In this document: positions 62,210-64,000 of the stretch, in pieces
Numbering within the stretch: position 1 is the stretch's first letter
How the letters are laid out: each line of letters opens with the position of its first letter
Source: the human T2T-CHM13v2.0 reference genome, Homo sapiens
Assembly: GCF_009914755.1 (NCBI RefSeq)
Contig: NC_060940.1
Reading direction: 5' to 3' (one strand)
Length of the DNA: 64,000 nucleotides
The notes under the pieces: model-generated
Database searches by the model: none
What the model was told of the DNA's origin: nothing
Seen by the model: the letters and a program-made list of their open reading frames with translations, nothing else
Made by a program: the position numbers and the translations under genes

Positions 62210-64000
62210 TTCCTGCCTTCTTATATTAATAAGAAAAATAAAATAGTGTTGAAGTATTGGGGCGGTGAAAATTTTTAGGGGGTGGTATGGAGAGAGAATG
62301 GACGATGTTTCTCAGGGCTGCTTCAAGCGGGATTAGGGGCGGCGTGGGAACCTAGAGTGGGAGAGATTAAGCTGAAGGGAGGTCTTGTGGTAAGGGGTGA
62401 TATTGTGGGGATGTTAGAAGAAACATCTGTCGTATAGAATGATTGGTGATGGCCTGGATACGGTTTTGGATGAATTCAGAAACTAAATGGAATAAGAGAA
62501 GGAGAAAAACAGGTATAAAAGGTCTAAGAATTGGGAGGACCTATGACATCTGATTAGAGAGTGCCTAAGGAGATTCAGCATAGTCCTGCCAGCAAAGATT
62601 ATTTATTTACCTCAAGAGTTTAGAGTGGCAGTTTGGGGATAGCACCAGGAGATATCAGCTGTGATGGCTTGGAGAAACAGTGTAAACCGGCAGTGTAAAC
62701 AAGAGCAGGGCATGTATGAGTAGTTGAGAATGGCGAATAGGAATATGACTAGACAGGAGATAGTAGGGATGACAAGTTTTGGGGGGCACAGTCTAAGTTG
62801 GTCTGGTGTCTGGAATGAGACTGGGGCCTAATAAAAAGGAGCGTCTATACAGGAGCTTACATGGGCTGTACCTTGTAGCATTCTGAGGACAGGCCTGAAT
62901 TCTGAGAAGGGAAAGTGGTAAAAGTATTGTCCAGTCCTTTTTAAGTTGGAGGCTGAGCTTGGTGAGGTGTGTTTTTAAAAGACCTTTAGTCCATTCTACC
63001 TTTCCTGAAGATTGAGGATGGTAAGGGATATGAAGGTTCCACTGAATACTAAGAGCCTGAGAAACTGCTTGGGTGATTTGACTAGTAAAGGCTGGTCCGT
63101 TATCAGACTGTATAGAGGTGGGAAGGCTAAACTGAGGAATTATGTCTGACAGAAGGGAAGAAATGACTGCGGTGGCCTTCTCAGACCCTGTAGGAAAGGC
63201 CTCTACTTATCTAGTGAAAGTGTCTACTTAGACTAAGAGGTATTTTAGTTACCTGACTCGGGGCATGTTGAGTGAAGCTAATTTGCCAGTCCTGGGTGGG
63301 GGCAAATCCTCAAGCTTGATGTGTAGGGAAGGGAGGGGGCCTGAATAATCCCTGAGGAGTAGTAGAATAGCAGATGGAACACTGAGAAGTTATTTCCTTG
63401 AGGATAGATTTCCACGATGGAAAGGAAATGAGACGTTCTAAGAGGCGGGCTAGTGGCTTGTACTATAGCATAGCCTGCCTTTGCTGCTATGTGGCGATTA
63501 GGCCTGGTGGAACCGCCATCAATAAATCAAGCGTGATCAGGGTGAGGAACAGGAAAGAAGGAAATTTGGGGAAATGGGGTGAATATCAGGTGGATCAGAG
63601 AGATACAGTCATGGGGGTCAGGTGTGGTATCAGGAATAATGTGGGAGGCCAGATTGAGGTCCGGGCCAGGAACAATGGTAATTGTGGGACTTAACAAAGA
63701 GTGAGTACAGCTGAAGGAGCCGGGGAGCAGAAAGTATATGCATCAGGTATGAGGAAGAAAGTAGATTTTGGAAGTTATGAGAAATGTAGAGAGTGAGTTG
63801 AGCATAGTTTGTGATTTTGAGGGCCTCTAAAAGTATTAAAGCAGCGGCAGCCGCTGCATGGAGACATGAGGGCTAGGCTAAAACAGTAACGTCAAGTTGT
63901 TTGGACAGAAAGGCTACAGGGTGCGGTCCTGGCTGTTGTGTAAGAATTCTGACCGCACTAACCATGCCTAGGAAGGAAGGGAGTTGTTGTTTTGGAAGGG
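62210..64000 (-). mobile_element. HERV-H internal sequence (3' part, degenerate), continues past the window
   Basis: contiguous with the LTR7 via the PPT; C-rich/G-poor on the sense strand as typical of HERV-H; no long sense ORF in the track. Confidence 0.88.

Overview
Human (or very close primate) genomic DNA that I recognise from the encoded peptides as the ABAT-TMEM186-PMM2 locus (16p13.2). It holds the last five coding exons and ~3.1 kb 3'UTR of ABAT (+), the complete two-exon TMEM186 gene (-), a CpG-island bidirectional promoter, and PMM2 exons 1-7 (+); PMM2 exon 8 lies beyond the window. Exon boundaries were read directly from GT/AG sites and give continuous reading frames. The rest is dense in Alus, with L1/L2/MIR, MaLR and DNA-transposon relics. 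PMM2 intron 7 carries two antisense proviruses: a ~9.35 kb LTR8-type element with a tRNA-Pro-like primer site, and the 3' end of a HERV-H (LTR7). Most ORFs in the supplied track are Alu or chance ORFs. I see no convincing wholly new multi-gene system. The best second-look items are: a CCATGG palindrome that is the TMEM186 start on the minus strand and opens a stop-free 90-codon in-frame extension of PMM2 on the plus strand; a latent 123-nt in-frame GC-donor pseudoexon in PMM2 intron 7; and a captured ~330 bp local fragment inside the older provirus that appears to preserve the HERV-H pre-insertion site. Repeat boundaries and subfamily names are by eye and approximate.
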